This document shows positions 48,401 through 58,316 of a stretch of DNA of 64,000 nucleotides, one piece after another. The position numbers and the translations under genes are program-made. Every line of letters begins with the position of its first letter. The first letter of the stretch is position 1. Location of the stretch: positions 1 through 64,000 of the IMG/VR virus record IMGVR_UViG_3300044640_001367. One strand, written 5' to 3'. The stretch is from an uncultured virus (IMG/VR IMGVR_UViG_3300044640_001367). Taxonomy: Duplodnaviria > Heunggongvirae > Uroviricota > Caudoviricetes. Under the pieces are notes generated by a model. That model searched no databases. It was not told where the DNA came from and saw only the letters and a program-made list of their open reading frames with translations.

Positions 48401-48426
48401 ATACTTATATATTATAGATAAATCAT

Positions 48427-50325
48427 ATGTCAGATAAATCTTTTCAAGAATTACGGAGTCGGTCTTTATTCGCTCGTTTGAAGCGTTTGTTTTCAAACGA
48501 CGTGATCGTTCGCAACATTGGTGGTAAAAAACTAAAAGTTATTGATACTGATGAAATTCAGTACGCTACAGATCGTAATAGTTTAAGAGACAGGTTTAAT
48601 AGATTACGTACTACTTCGTATAATCAATATACTAGAGATTTTAATTTATCATATCAAAGCAGTCGTGTAGAACTATTTCGTGATTATGATACAATGGATA
48701 TGGATCCAATTCTATCATCTGCGTTGGACATTTATGCAGATGAATGTACAACCCGAAATGAAATGGGTGAAGTAATTCATATCAAATCTTCCAACGATGA
48801 AATTAAAAACATTTTGCACAATCTATTCTATGATATTTTGAACATAGAGTTTAATTTATGGAGTTGGTCACGGTGTATGGTTAAATATGGTGATTTTTAT
48901 CTACGACTTCATATTAGCCCTGAATATGGTGTTTATTTGGTAGAACCATTGAGTACATATTATGTAACACGTGTAGAAAATGCACATTTGACCAATAAAA
49001 ACTTTGTTAAATTTCAAGTCAATTTGCCATATGGAAACAAGATGGAGGATTTGGAGAACTATCAAATTGCTCATTTTAGATTATTGAGCGATAGTAACTT
49101 TCTCCCATATGGAAAAAGTACTTTAGAAGGCGCCCGACGTGTTTGGAAACAATTGAGTTTGATGGAAGACGCAATGTTAATTCATCGTATTATGCGTGCG
49201 CCTGAAAAACGCATTTTCAAAGTTGATATTGGTAATATTCCACCAAATGAAGTTGACAATCATATGCAACGTATTATGGACCAAATGAAAAAGGTACCAT
49301 ATTTGGATCAAGAAACCGGAGATTATAATTTAAGATTCAATCTACAAAACATGGTAGAGGACTTTTTCTTGCCTGTTCGTGGTAGTGATAGTGGAACCAG
49401 TATTGAAAATTTATCTGGATTAGAGTGGACTGGTACCGATGACATTGAGTATCTTCGTAATAAAATGATGGCAGCACTTAAGATACCCAAAGCATTTTTG
49501 GGATATGATGAATCATTGAGTGGTAAAGCTACATTAGCAGCTGAAGACATAAGATTTGCTAGAACAGTAGAACGTATACAACGTATTATGGTTAGTGAAT
49601 TGAATAAAATTGCGGTTATTCATTTATATAGCCAAGGATATAGAGACGAATCATTAGTAGATTTTACACTGGAATTAACTAATCCGTCCACTATATTTGA
49701 AAAAGAAAAAATCGATGTATATAAGAGCAAAGTGGAACTTTGCAAAGATATGCAAGAACAAAAAGTATTTTCTAAGAAATGGATTTATGAAAATATCTTT
49801 GGTTTATCAGATCATGATATGATAACTCTGCAAAAACAACTAATCGACGACGCTAAAGGAAATTATAGATTTAAGCAGATTGAAGAAGAAGGCAATGATC
49901 CAGCTCTATCCTTTTTAAATAAAAAAGATAAGGAGGGTGAAAGCGGCGGTGGTGGCGGAGCTGAACCAGGTGGTAGTGAGCCTGGGACTGACACTGCTCC
50001 TGAAGGAGGAGATGATAGTGGTAAAGATACCGGCGCTGAAGCTGGTGGTGAACCATCAACTCCCCCAAAGTTATCAGAAAAACGTGATCAAACTGGTAGA
50101 AAAGATGCCAGTAAATATCCTTTTGGGGAAGATCCACTAGGCACATTAGAAAACAATAGACGCAGTGATTTATCAGTATCGCACAAATATAAAAATGGAT
50201 CGCCATTGTCTGTGGAGTCTATTAAGGGGCTGACAGATTTGTTAAAAACGTTGGATCAAGAAAAAGAAAGTTTGATGGAAGGAAACAAAAATTCTTTCAT
50301 GGACGAACAAAATATAAAAGAATAG
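48427..50325 (+). CDS. gp20: Portal protein (T4 gp20-like) with acidic Gly-rich C-terminal extension
   Basis: LMEDAMLIHRIMRAPEKRIFKVDIGNIP, EDFFLPVRG, DDIEYLRNKMMAALKIP and EDIRFAR motifs. Confidence 0.96.
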   Translation: MSDKSFQELRSRSLFARLKRLFSNDVIVRNIGGKKLKVIDTDEIQYATDRNSLRDRFNRLRTTSYNQYTRDFNLSYQSSRVELFRDYDTMDMDPILSSALDIYADECTTRNEMGEVIHIKSSNDEIKNILHNLFYDILNIEFNLWSWSRCMVKYGDFYLRLHISPEYGVYLVEPLSTYYVTRVENAHLTNKNFVKFQVNLPYGNKMEDLENYQIAHFRLLSDSNFLPYGKSTLEGARRVWKQLSLMEDAMLIHRIMRAPEKRIFKVDIGNIPPNEVDNHMQRIMDQMKKVPYLDQETGDYNLRFNLQNMVEDFFLPVRGSDSGTSIENLSGLEWTGTDDIEYLRNKMMAALKIPKAFLGYDESLSGKATLAAEDIRFARTVERIQRIMVSELNKIAVIHLYSQGYRDESLVDFTLELTNPSTIFEKEKIDVYKSKVELCKDMQEQKVFSKKWIYENIFGLSDHDMITLQKQLIDDAKGNYRFKQIEEEGNDPALSFLNKKDKEGESGGGGGAEPGGSEPGTDTAPEGGDDSGKDTGAEAGGEPSTPPKLSEKRDQTGRKDASKYPFGEDPLGTLENNRRSDLSVSHKYKNGSPLSVESIKGLTDLLKTLDQEKESLMEGNKNSFMDEQNIKE

Positions 50326-50381
50326 TATAATTCCTATATATTTAACCACATTGATTATATTTATAAATAATAATAAATAAT

Positions 50382-51260
50382 ATGCACAAGAAAGCAAAAC
50401 ATTCAAAATTCAAGAATGCTGGAATATTGTTTGAACTACTCACTCGACAAATTACATCAGACATTCTAGCGGGAAAAGATGAATCATTTACTAAAAATTT
50501 AATGTTCAAGTACTTCCACGAAAGTAAAGAACTTGGAAAAGAGGTGCAGCTTTATAATTTTATTTTACAACAAAAAAGTAAAGATGTATCTTCGGCCGAA
50601 CGACTTTTGGGTGTTGTATTACAAACACGATCTAAACTTGACGAACGTGAATTAAATAAACAAAAGTATAGTATCATCAAAGAAATTAAAGAAAAATATA
50701 ACATTGATGATTTTTTAAAGAACAAAATCCCAAATTATAAGTTATATGCTTCCATTTATAAATTATTTGAAGACCAAGATAAAAGTGGGGTTAAGTTTGA
50801 AGTTACTGAGTTAATAGAATCCAGAGAGTACATCGTTGAAAATTTGACAAAAGAAAAGAAGTCGGATCAAGAATCGTTGGATGTTTATGGAAGTCAAACT
50901 GCAGACGTTAGATTGTTAGCATACAAGTTTTTAATTGAAAATTTCAATAGTAAATACAACGATTTATTGCCAGATCAAAAGAAACTATTGAAGGAATATA
51001 TTACCAATGTTTCAAATTCCAGTAAATTTACAAAATATGTCAATGAAGAATACAAAAGAATCAGCTTGGTATTAAAAGACCAAGTAAAAAATGTTACATC
51101 TGACGTAGTTAAAATTAAAATAAATGAAGTTATTAGTCAATTTTCTACTAAATCTTGTGCCGGTATAATTAAAGAAAATCAATTGACATCTTTATTGAAT
51201 GCGTATGAATTAGTAGAAGAAATTAAAAAGATTGATGTCAAAAATGAAACAAAATCTTAA
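50382..51260 (+). CDS. Hypothetical head-morphogenesis protein, 292 aa
   Basis: Helical ORF between portal and protease. TATTTATA at 50358-50365. Confidence 0.7.
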   Translation: MHKKAKHSKFKNAGILFELLTRQITSDILAGKDESFTKNLMFKYFHESKELGKEVQLYNFILQQKSKDVSSAERLLGVVLQTRSKLDERELNKQKYSIIKEIKEKYNIDDFLKNKIPNYKLYASIYKLFEDQDKSGVKFEVTELIESREYIVENLTKEKKSDQESLDVYGSQTADVRLLAYKFLIENFNSKYNDLLPDQKKLLKEYITNVSNSSKFTKYVNEEYKRISLVLKDQVKNVTSDVVKIKINEVISQFSTKSCAGIIKENQLTSLLNAYELVEEIKKIDVKNETKS

Positions 51261-52245
51261 AGAAAAGATTAAACGAATTTTAACCAAGTTAAAGGTTAAA
51301 AATGAAGCTAGTACAACAGGTACAGGTGCGGTCGCGTCTGGTCCTGTTTCAGTTGGAGGCGATGCTGCTAGAACACCATTTGCATTTAGCCGCCGTGGAC
51401 CAGGAAACATTAGAGCAGCGACACAATTGGGATATAAGTTAGCTAAAGCTATCAAAAGAAGTAATGGATATAAGTTGGAAAATCAAATGTATAGTGGTCC
51501 GGCTTACGCAACACCAGCACAATCAATTGAATTAGGCGATACATATACTGACGAAAATGGTTTGGTTCAACACAATGATCCTGATATGGATCCCAATTTA
51601 ATTGGATATAAACAAGGTGCTTTACCTATGTATGAGAGATTTGATACTCTTAAATACGAACAAGAAGATAAACCAGTTGCTGCCCCACAACCTGTTCAAC
51701 CTGCTCAACCTGCTCAACCTGCTCAACCTGCTCAACCTAAACAACCCGCTGCGGCGCCGTCAGTAGATTTAAAAACATACGATGTTCTTCCTGACTTTAC
51801 AGCATTTGATACAAAATTAAAAAGTTCGACTGAAGCATTAAAGAATAATCTTCAAAAGTCAATACAGGATAAAATTTTGGGTAAGAAGATTGTGGTTAGA
51901 GCTAGTAAAGGATACAAACAGCCTGAAACAGATTATACAATCAATGTAACAGGCGTTGCGATTGATTATTATTATGATAGATATGTCATCATAATTATTG
52001 GACGAGAGGAAAATAAACAAAAGGTGGCTAAATTCTTTGTTAAACCAGGATTTAAACTTAAAATTTTAGGCAATGCTGATAATTTGAAGCCAAAGGATCA
52101 ATATCAAGTTGCTAAATCAAAAGCATTAGTTGAACCAAACAGTCAACAAAATGTTGTTCCATCAAACAAAATAACCGCTGATAAAGAGGATGCGACTACT
52201 CAAGATCAAAACGCACAAACGGGAACAACACAACCTAAAGCTTAA
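51244..52245 (+). CDS. Hypothetical head/prohead-core protein with PAQ repeats
   Basis: Likely ATG at 51244. Low-complexity segments and several candidate x-x-E cleavage sites. Lies just before the protease. Confidence 0.65.
   Translation: MKQNLKEKIKRILTKLKVKNEASTTGTGAVASGPVSVGGDAARTPFAFSRRGPGNIRAATQLGYKLAKAIKRSNGYKLENQMYSGPAYATPAQSIELGDTYTDENGLVQHNDPDMDPNLIGYKQGALPMYERFDTLKYEQEDKPVAAPQPVQPAQPAQPAQPAQPKQPAAAPSVDLKTYDVLPDFTAFDTKLKSSTEALKNNLQKSIQDKILGKKIVVRASKGYKQPETDYTINVTGVAIDYYYDRYVIIIIGREENKQKVAKFFVKPGFKLKILGNADNLKPKDQYQVAKSKALVEPNSQQNVVPSNKITADKEDATTQDQNAQTGTTQPKA
51688..51750 (+). repeat. 9-nt tandem repeat (caacctgct) encoding QPA
   Basis: Read directly from the sequence. Confidence 0.9.
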
Positions 52246-52250
52246 TATAT

Positions 52251-52853
52251 ATGAAACAAGTACTGATAGATATTTTACCATTTGAATTTAAAAAAACATC
52301 TTTAAATGAATCTCTTAAAGATGGAAAATTATACGTAACCGGCGTATTACAACGTGCCGACGCAAAAAACCAAAACGGCCGTGTGTATCCAGTAGATGTG
52401 TTGAAGAGAGAAGCTGAGAAATATATGCAAAATTTCGTTAAACAACGTCGTGCTATGGGTGAATTAGATCACCCAGAATCATCTGTTGTTAACTTAAAAA
52501 ATGTAAGTCATAATATCGTAGATATGGGGTGGGAAAGTAAAGATTTAGTTGGTACAGTTGAAATTCTTCCTACGCCTAGCGGTAACATTTTAAGAGACTT
52601 GCTACAATCAGGTATTCTTTTGGGTATTAGTAGTCGCGGATTAGGAAGTGTTAAAAAAGATATGCGTGAAAATGCAGATGTTGTACAAGACGATTTTGAT
52701 TTAATTGCGTTTGATTTCGTAAGCAATCCAAGTACACAAGGAGCTTTTATGTATCCACAGGGAAAAATCAATGAAAGCGTTGAACAAAAAATAATAATTA
52801 ACCCATATAGTAATGTTGAAAGAATTATTCACAACATTCTATCAGAACTATAA
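52251..52853 (+). CDS. gp21: Prohead core protease
   Basis: NQNGRVYP, GELDHP, VSH, TPSG, GISSRGLGS and DFVSNPS motifs. Confidence 0.96.
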   Translation: MKQVLIDILPFEFKKTSLNESLKDGKLYVTGVLQRADAKNQNGRVYPVDVLKREAEKYMQNFVKQRRAMGELDHPESSVVNLKNVSHNIVDMGWESKDLVGTVEILPTPSGNILRDLLQSGILLGISSRGLGSVKKDMRENADVVQDDFDLIAFDFVSNPSTQGAFMYPQGKINESVEQKIIINPYSNVERIIHNILSEL

Positions 52854-52865
52854 TATTTATAAAGT

Positions 52866-53288
52866 ATGAAATTAAAACATTTACTGGAAAACTCTACGGA
52901 ATCGACTTATGTCGCTTTGACCAAAGAAGAAAAATCAAAAATGGTCGGGGTTATTAAATCTTACAACGAATATCGTAAAGGATTAAAAGCTGATAGTGTC
53001 TATGAAACAGCACAAAAAATTATGGAAGCTGTTAATTTAGCAGAACGATATGCTATTAAAGAATGTAACGAATGGATGGAAGCTAAAATGGTGGAACGTG
53101 ATATGAAAGAAATCAAACGTGATGCCGCTAAGATGTACGAAGAAGCACAAAAGATGAAAGCTATTGAACAACAACTTGAAATGTTGTATGAACAAGTTGG
53201 TATGAGATTGGAACGTTATTTTGAGATCGCAGATTCAATGAATGAAAATCCACAAACAACCAATGTTAGTACTAACGCATCGGTATAG
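52866..53288 (+). CDS. Hypothetical helical protein with MKLKHLLE leader
   Basis: TATTTATA at 52854-52861. Convergent 17-nt overlap with the minus-strand gene. Confidence 0.7.
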   Translation: MKLKHLLENSTESTYVALTKEEKSKMVGVIKSYNEYRKGLKADSVYETAQKIMEAVNLAERYAIKECNEWMEAKMVERDMKEIKRDAAKMYEEAQKMKAIEQQLEMLYEQVGMRLERYFEIADSMNENPQTTNVSTNASV

Positions 53289-53730
53289 AATCGATAAATT
53301 CCAACATCGAGATAAACGATTCAAAAACATATTTTCTATTTGATTCTAATACATAACCTTCGTCTGTTTTATAGACGAAGGTTTTTCTCTTTTCATTAAC
53401 CATATCTAAAGAGGGAACTTCTACTTCAGAGAACATTCTGTACTCGTCATCTATACGAAAATCCATTTCGCCTAACAAATCTATCTCCATAAAATTCCAT
53501 CCATTTGGATTATCTATATCTTCAAGTTTGTACATTTTTTCTTCTTCAAAATTATCATTATTTATAAAGTTAATTAATTTTGGCGATTTGTACTTGTTAT
53601 AACTATTATTCATTTCACGTACATCGGGATTTGAATAAGCGTTTTCTTCGCCAGTTCTTTTTATGAACTTATAATTATCTTTTTTAGAATTCATATGTTT
53701 AGAAAAATTGGGATTAAAATTATAGGCCAT
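53272..53730 (-). CDS. Hypothetical protein, 152 aa
   Basis: Fills the gap and is coupled to the upstream minus-strand ORF. Confidence 0.65.
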   Translation of the reverse strand: MAYNFNPNFSKHMNSKKDNYKFIKRTGEENAYSNPDVREMNNSYNKYKSPKLINFINNDNFEEEKMYKLEDIDNPNGWNFMEIDLLGEMDFRIDDEYRMFSEVEVPSLDMVNEKRKTFVYKTDEGYVLESNRKYVFESFISMLEFIDSIPMR

Positions 53731-54313
53731 AAGAGTTAATTCTATCTATAAAGTCTGCTAACGAACTTGTTTGTTCACTATCTTTGTTTTTATCTACACC
53801 GGTACTCAACATACTAAATATTTCTTTTTCTGGTCGATCAGGATAGGTTCTTTGTACAAAACAAGCATAAACAATTAAATTTTCATTTTTTTGATCTATT
53901 AATTTTTTAAACACATACTTTTTTGTACTACCGTTACTGAATATTTCGGTTTGTATCTGTGTGTTTTCCGGCGCATTTGGAATAAAATTGGTTTTGCCAA
54001 ATCCGCTAAATCCATTTTGCTTATTTTGAAATATCAACATTTCTTTTTTGACAAATGGAACTCCTTCGTTTTCTTTCAACACTTGATTAAAAGATTTTCC
54101 TTTGATAATGTCAAAATCACTCAGTGAATACTCAGACTCTTTGAGACTTTTCAATATTTCTTTTAGTTTGGTAAAATCTTTAACGCTACTTGGTTTTATA
54201 GTACTAGCCATTGTACGTACTGTTGAAGATACTTTTCCAGGTTTAATTTTTCCTTTTTGTAAGGCTCGTACTAATCTGAATAGTCTCGCTTGCTTTTCAC
54301 TTTGTGCTGGCAT
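53720..54313 (-). CDS. Hypothetical protein with MPAQSEKQARLF (DUF3008-like) N-terminus
   Basis: N-terminal motif. TATTTATT on the minus strand just upstream (aataaata 54319-54326). Confidence 0.7.
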   Translation of the reverse strand: MPAQSEKQARLFRLVRALQKGKIKPGKVSSTVRTMASTIKPSSVKDFTKLKEILKSLKESEYSLSDFDIIKGKSFNQVLKENEGVPFVKKEMLIFQNKQNGFSGFGKTNFIPNAPENTQIQTEIFSNGSTKKYVFKKLIDQKNENLIVYACFVQRTYPDRPEKEIFSMLSTGVDKNKDSEQTSSLADFIDRINSYGL

Positions 54314-54468
54314 ATATCAATAAATATAAAATATTTTGATATATTTACGTTTTTAATTATATTTATTATTCAAATACATCATTCTTTGATGTGACAGCGA
54401 TTTATCTTCTTTGGAGTTCTTCAATAGCTTCATAAACAAATAACAATAAGAAAGGCAGAAATATAATT

Positions 54469-55554
54469 ATGAGCGATCTATTAAAAGAAAGTATTGCGGA
54501 TGCAAAGGCTGTTCGTGAAACAGCATTGGCAAATGCAAAAACCTTCCTTGAAGAAAGTTTTGCAAACAGTATGAAAGAAATGTTTGCGGACAAACTCAAA
54601 GAAGAAATGGCAGAAGAATCAACCGAAGAAGAAGAAGGTAAGATTGAAGAAAAGCTTGCATCTTCTAACATTGGTAAAAATGATGGTTTAACAGCTAAGA
54701 CTTCTAAGCCAGCAAATCCATCTACACTCAAGTCTACATCTTCAAACGGTAAACAAGAATTTGATGTTAAACTTGAAGAAGAAGCTTCATCTGAAGAAGG
54801 CGATGAAGTAACTAGTGAAGAACTAGATGAAATTCTAGCTGAATTAGAAGGCGAAGTATCTGACGAAATGCACAGTCAAGGTTCTTCTGAAACACCCGAT
54901 ACAGGTGAAGAAATGGGCGAAGACATGGGTGATATTAATCTAGACGAACTTCTTGCTGAACTAGAAGCTGAAGATCCTTCTGCACTAGCTCCAGCTCCAG
55001 CTCCAGCTCCTGTTGCTCCTGATGCTCAAGCACCTGTAGATCAAGTACCTGCAGCTCCCGCTCCAGCACAAGTTCCATCTCCTTCTGAAGGAGGATATGC
55101 AGACGAAGTTTCCGCCGAAGAAATGGCAGAAGCTTTGGTCGCTATCAACGAAGAAAACGAATCTCTTAAGAAACATTTATCAGAAGCTCTAAGCACTGTT
55201 AAGTTTATGAAGGGCGTTCTATCTGAAACCAACCTATTGAATGCTAAGTTGCTTTATACCAACAAGTTGTTCAAAGGTAAGAGTTTAACCGAAGATCAAA
55301 AACTTAAGATCATTAACACTTTCGACTTGACCAGAAACATCCGTGAAGTCAAGTTGGCATATACAGTTTTAGCCGAATCATTTAATTCCGGTGCATCAGT
55401 TGTCAAGAAAAAAACCAATACAACTGCTCACACTATCACCGAAGGTTTGGCAAGCAAACAAGTATCATCAACTAAGCCAGTATCTACTATTGTAGAACCA
55501 CACGCTGACGAGATGACTTCAAGATTCCAAAAACTCGCAGGAATCAAGAAGTAA
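54469..55554 (+). CDS. Prohead scaffold/core protein (gp22-like)
   Basis: Very acidic, coiled-coil protein directly upstream of the MCP, with an RFQKLAGI C-terminus and an AGAAAGG SD. Confidence 0.8.
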   Translation: MSDLLKESIADAKAVRETALANAKTFLEESFANSMKEMFADKLKEEMAEESTEEEEGKIEEKLASSNIGKNDGLTAKTSKPANPSTLKSTSSNGKQEFDVKLEEEASSEEGDEVTSEELDEILAELEGEVSDEMHSQGSSETPDTGEEMGEDMGDINLDELLAELEAEDPSALAPAPAPAPVAPDAQAPVDQVPAAPAPAQVPSPSEGGYADEVSAEEMAEALVAINEENESLKKHLSEALSTVKFMKGVLSETNLLNAKLLYTNKLFKGKSLTEDQKLKIINTFDLTRNIREVKLAYTVLAESFNSGASVVKKKTNTTAHTITEGLASKQVSSTKPVSTIVEPHADEMTSRFQKLAGIKK

Positions 55555-55607
55555 AATTAGTTTGCGAGTAAAAACCTAACAGTAATTAAATAAAGAAAGA
55601 TACAAAT

Positions 55608-57446
55608 ATGAGTATGGATATTAAAAGTCTATTGACAAACAATATGAATCCACAGGCCAAATTAATGGCAGAAACACGTGGACTACAAGGCAAATGGGAA
55701 AAGACAGGCCTCCTAGAAGGTTGCAAAGGTGTTGAAAAAGCACATATGTCAATCCTATTAGAAAATCAAGCAAAACAATTGCTTGACGAAGCAACCACAA
55801 CTGGTACATCTACCAGTTCAGAACAATGGGCTGGCGTAGCTCTTCCATTGGTTCGTCGTGTGTTTGCTGAAATCGCTGCGAAGGAATTCGTAAGCGTTCA
55901 ACCAATGAATCTACCATCTGGTCTAATCTTCTATCTAGACTTCAAGTATGGTACTAACGCTCCTGGTTCAGATTTGCGCAACTTGAACAACGGTAGTTCT
56001 GTAACTACCCGCGCCGGTAAGCAATTGAACGACAGTTTGTTTGGTGGTACAGGCAAGAAATTGGGTTCAACTGATAGCGCAGTACGTGGTTTATACGGCC
56101 AAGGTGCTTTTGCATATTCAGTTCGTCCAGTAAGTAGTTCCGCTATTACAATCACGTATTCATCAGGAGCAACCAATAACGGTGGTACAATTCAAACCGC
56201 TTCTTGGAATGACGTACAATTTGATGCTGAATTGAGTGGTTCCGTGGTAGCTAAGAAATTGTTTAAAGTAATCTTGAATCACGATGATAATAATACCCCT
56301 GTATCAAGTTACGGAAATCTATACAACGTTGACTTGAATGCAGTGCGTTCATTCAACTTGATCTCAGGTTCAGGTGCGACCAATCCAGGCGCACTCATTA
56401 AAAACGGTGTGGTGTTGAACACTTACAGCAAAGCGGTCAATACTGGTAGTTTGAGCAATCCATTCTATCAAACTGTATACATCGTATCCGCTTCACAGAG
56501 TACATTCGCTGGCGCCGCCTCCGGTCCAAGACTTAAATTGATCTATAGTCTACAACCTACGGACAACCTACGTGGTGACTTTGAAGCTGGTAAGACACCA
56601 GGTGAAGGTTCTGGTACAGCTGCTAACGTTGCTACTCAAAGCATCGACACTGATATCAGTATCCCAGAAGTTAACTTGGTACTAAACAGCGAACCAATCG
56701 TTGCTAAGACCCGTAAACTAAAGGCAGTCTGGACCCCAGAATTAGCGCAAGACTTGAACGCATATCACTCTATTGATGCAGAAGCAGAATTGACTGCTCT
56801 GTTGAGTGAATACGTATCTATGGAAATCGATCTAGAAATCCTAGAAATGTTGAACGGTGCCGTTCAAGGTATAACTACCGAAGCTTGGTCCGCCCAAATC
56901 GGTGTTGAATTCAGCAAGGGATTGAATGCAACTACTGGTGACGCAGTATTCACACGTAATGCAAATGCTTCTGCAAATCGTACAGCTTACGTTAAGAGCA
57001 CTTGGTTCCAAACTCTTGGTAACAAGATTCAAAAGGTATCTAACACAATCCAAAAATTGACCCTCCGTGGTGGTGCTAACTTCTTGGTCGTAAGTCCAGA
57101 CGTAGCAACCATCTTGGAATCAATTCCAGGATATGTAGTAAACACCGATGGTGACAGTGCTAAGTTCGCAATGGGCGTTGCACGTGTTGGTAGCTTCGCA
57201 AGTCGCTTCCAAGTTTACAAGAACCCATATATGACCGATAATATCGTATTGGTTGGTTTCCGTGGAAATAACTTCCTAGAAACAGGCGCAGTATATGCTC
57301 CTTATATCCCACTAATCCAAACTCCATTGGTCTATGATCCAGTGAACTTCACTCCACGTAGAGGTGTAATGACCCGCTACGCTAAGAAGGTCGTGCGCCC
57401 AGAGTTCTATGGAAAAGTTATTATCGGTGATCTCGATACCGTATAA
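55608..57446 (+). CDS. gp23: Major capsid protein (T4 gp23-like)
   Basis: LLENQ, LPLVRR, VSVQPMNLPSGLIF, AKTRKLKAVWTPELAQDLNAYHSIDAEAEL, YAPYIPL and FTPRRGVMTRY motifs. Confidence 0.97.
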   Translation: MSMDIKSLLTNNMNPQAKLMAETRGLQGKWEKTGLLEGCKGVEKAHMSILLENQAKQLLDEATTTGTSTSSEQWAGVALPLVRRVFAEIAAKEFVSVQPMNLPSGLIFYLDFKYGTNAPGSDLRNLNNGSSVTTRAGKQLNDSLFGGTGKKLGSTDSAVRGLYGQGAFAYSVRPVSSSAITITYSSGATNNGGTIQTASWNDVQFDAELSGSVVAKKLFKVILNHDDNNTPVSSYGNLYNVDLNAVRSFNLISGSGATNPGALIKNGVVLNTYSKAVNTGSLSNPFYQTVYIVSASQSTFAGAASGPRLKLIYSLQPTDNLRGDFEAGKTPGEGSGTAANVATQSIDTDISIPEVNLVLNSEPIVAKTRKLKAVWTPELAQDLNAYHSIDAEAELTALLSEYVSMEIDLEILEMLNGAVQGITTEAWSAQIGVEFSKGLNATTGDAVFTRNANASANRTAYVKSTWFQTLGNKIQKVSNTIQKLTLRGGANFLVVSPDVATILESIPGYVVNTDGDSAKFAMGVARVGSFASRFQVYKNPYMTDNIVLVGFRGNNFLETGAVYAPYIPLIQTPLVYDPVNFTPRRGVMTRYAKKVVRPEFYGKVIIGDLDTV

Positions 57447-57470
57447 TACTTAGTAGAAATAAAATAACTC

Positions 57471-57500
57471 AAAAACCCCAACGAAAGTTGGGGTTTTTTC
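57471..57500. terminator. Bidirectional intrinsic terminator between MCP and the mom-like gene
   Basis: AAAAACCCCAAC-GAAA-GTTGGGGTTTTTT, with an A-run and a T-run on either side. Confidence 0.9.
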
Positions 57501-57505
57501 TTGCA

Positions 57506-58279
57506 CTAATCGAAAAATTCGTTGGTATTTTCTACAACGATTTCTTGCACTTCTTCTTTGAACGAAGTATCTTTGGGATAAGGTAGAACTTTATGTTTAA
57601 GAGATTTAACCAGTTTCTTATTTTCTATCTTGTTGCTTATAAACTTGATATAACGATGTTTACCGCTTTCACGTTTGCGCCAAAATGTTCTACCAATACG
57701 TTCTTTTAGTTTATCTACACTGTGTGTTTTCCAACGTGCATATACACTTCTACTATGTATCCAATCATATTCAGTGGGGCCAATTAAACTAACACTATAG
57801 TTAGGCATCAGTGCAATATCCACATAGTTATCACCTTGATATACAAATCCAGTTGCTTGATATATTGTTCCAACGTGACCAGCTTCACTATCCGCGTAAC
57901 TAAGAATACATTTTATTTGTGGATAATCTGTGTTTAATAATCTAAAACTTTCAGCTATACAATAGCTTTCTATATTTTTACCATAACCATCTGCAATCCA
58001 CAGTCGTGTTAATTCCAACACATTGTTATTAGTAAGTAGAGGACATATGCTGGTACTTGCATTTCTACCCACGGCATTTCCATATACTAATACACCTATT
58101 AGGCGTTCGTTAAAACCACCAAAGAATGTGCTTTCAATATACTCTTTATAATAAACTCCATAAGCTACAGTACAAAGAGACCATTTGTGTGTATAATGGT
58201 TTTTTTCAATAAGAGTTTTTGCAACATTCTTATTGATACTTTTGAGATAAAGCAATGAGGTATCACAATATTCGGACAT
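57506..58279 (-). CDS. mom: Mom-like GNAT DNA base-modification enzyme
   Basis: IEKNHY, ELTRLW, NIESYCI, ILSYAD..AGHVGTIYQATGFVYQG and KHRYI motifs. Confidence 0.8.
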   Translation of the reverse strand: MSEYCDTSLLYLKSINKNVAKTLIEKNHYTHKWSLCTVAYGVYYKEYIESTFFGGFNERLIGVLVYGNAVGRNASTSICPLLTNNNVLELTRLWIADGYGKNIESYCIAESFRLLNTDYPQIKCILSYADSEAGHVGTIYQATGFVYQGDNYVDIALMPNYSVSLIGPTEYDWIHSRSVYARWKTHSVDKLKERIGRTFWRKRESGKHRYIKFISNKIENKKLVKSLKHKVLPYPKDTSFKEEVQEIVVENTNEFFD

Positions 58280-58285
58280 TCCCCC

Positions 58286-58313
58286 ATTATAAACCTATAA
58301 TAAAGAATGTCAA
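58286..58313 (-). promoter_or_regulatory. Consensus sigma70 promoter for the mom-like gene
   Basis: Minus strand TTGACA (58313-58308), 16-nt spacer, TATAAT (58291-58286). The ATG is 6 nt downstream. Confidence 0.8.
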
Positions 58314-58316
58314 CAT

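Noticed and set aside
54330..54468. tRNA or known ncRNA in the longer intergenic gaps
   Set aside because: No cloverleaf or T-loop (GTTCRA) signature was found here or in the other gaps, only small hairpins.
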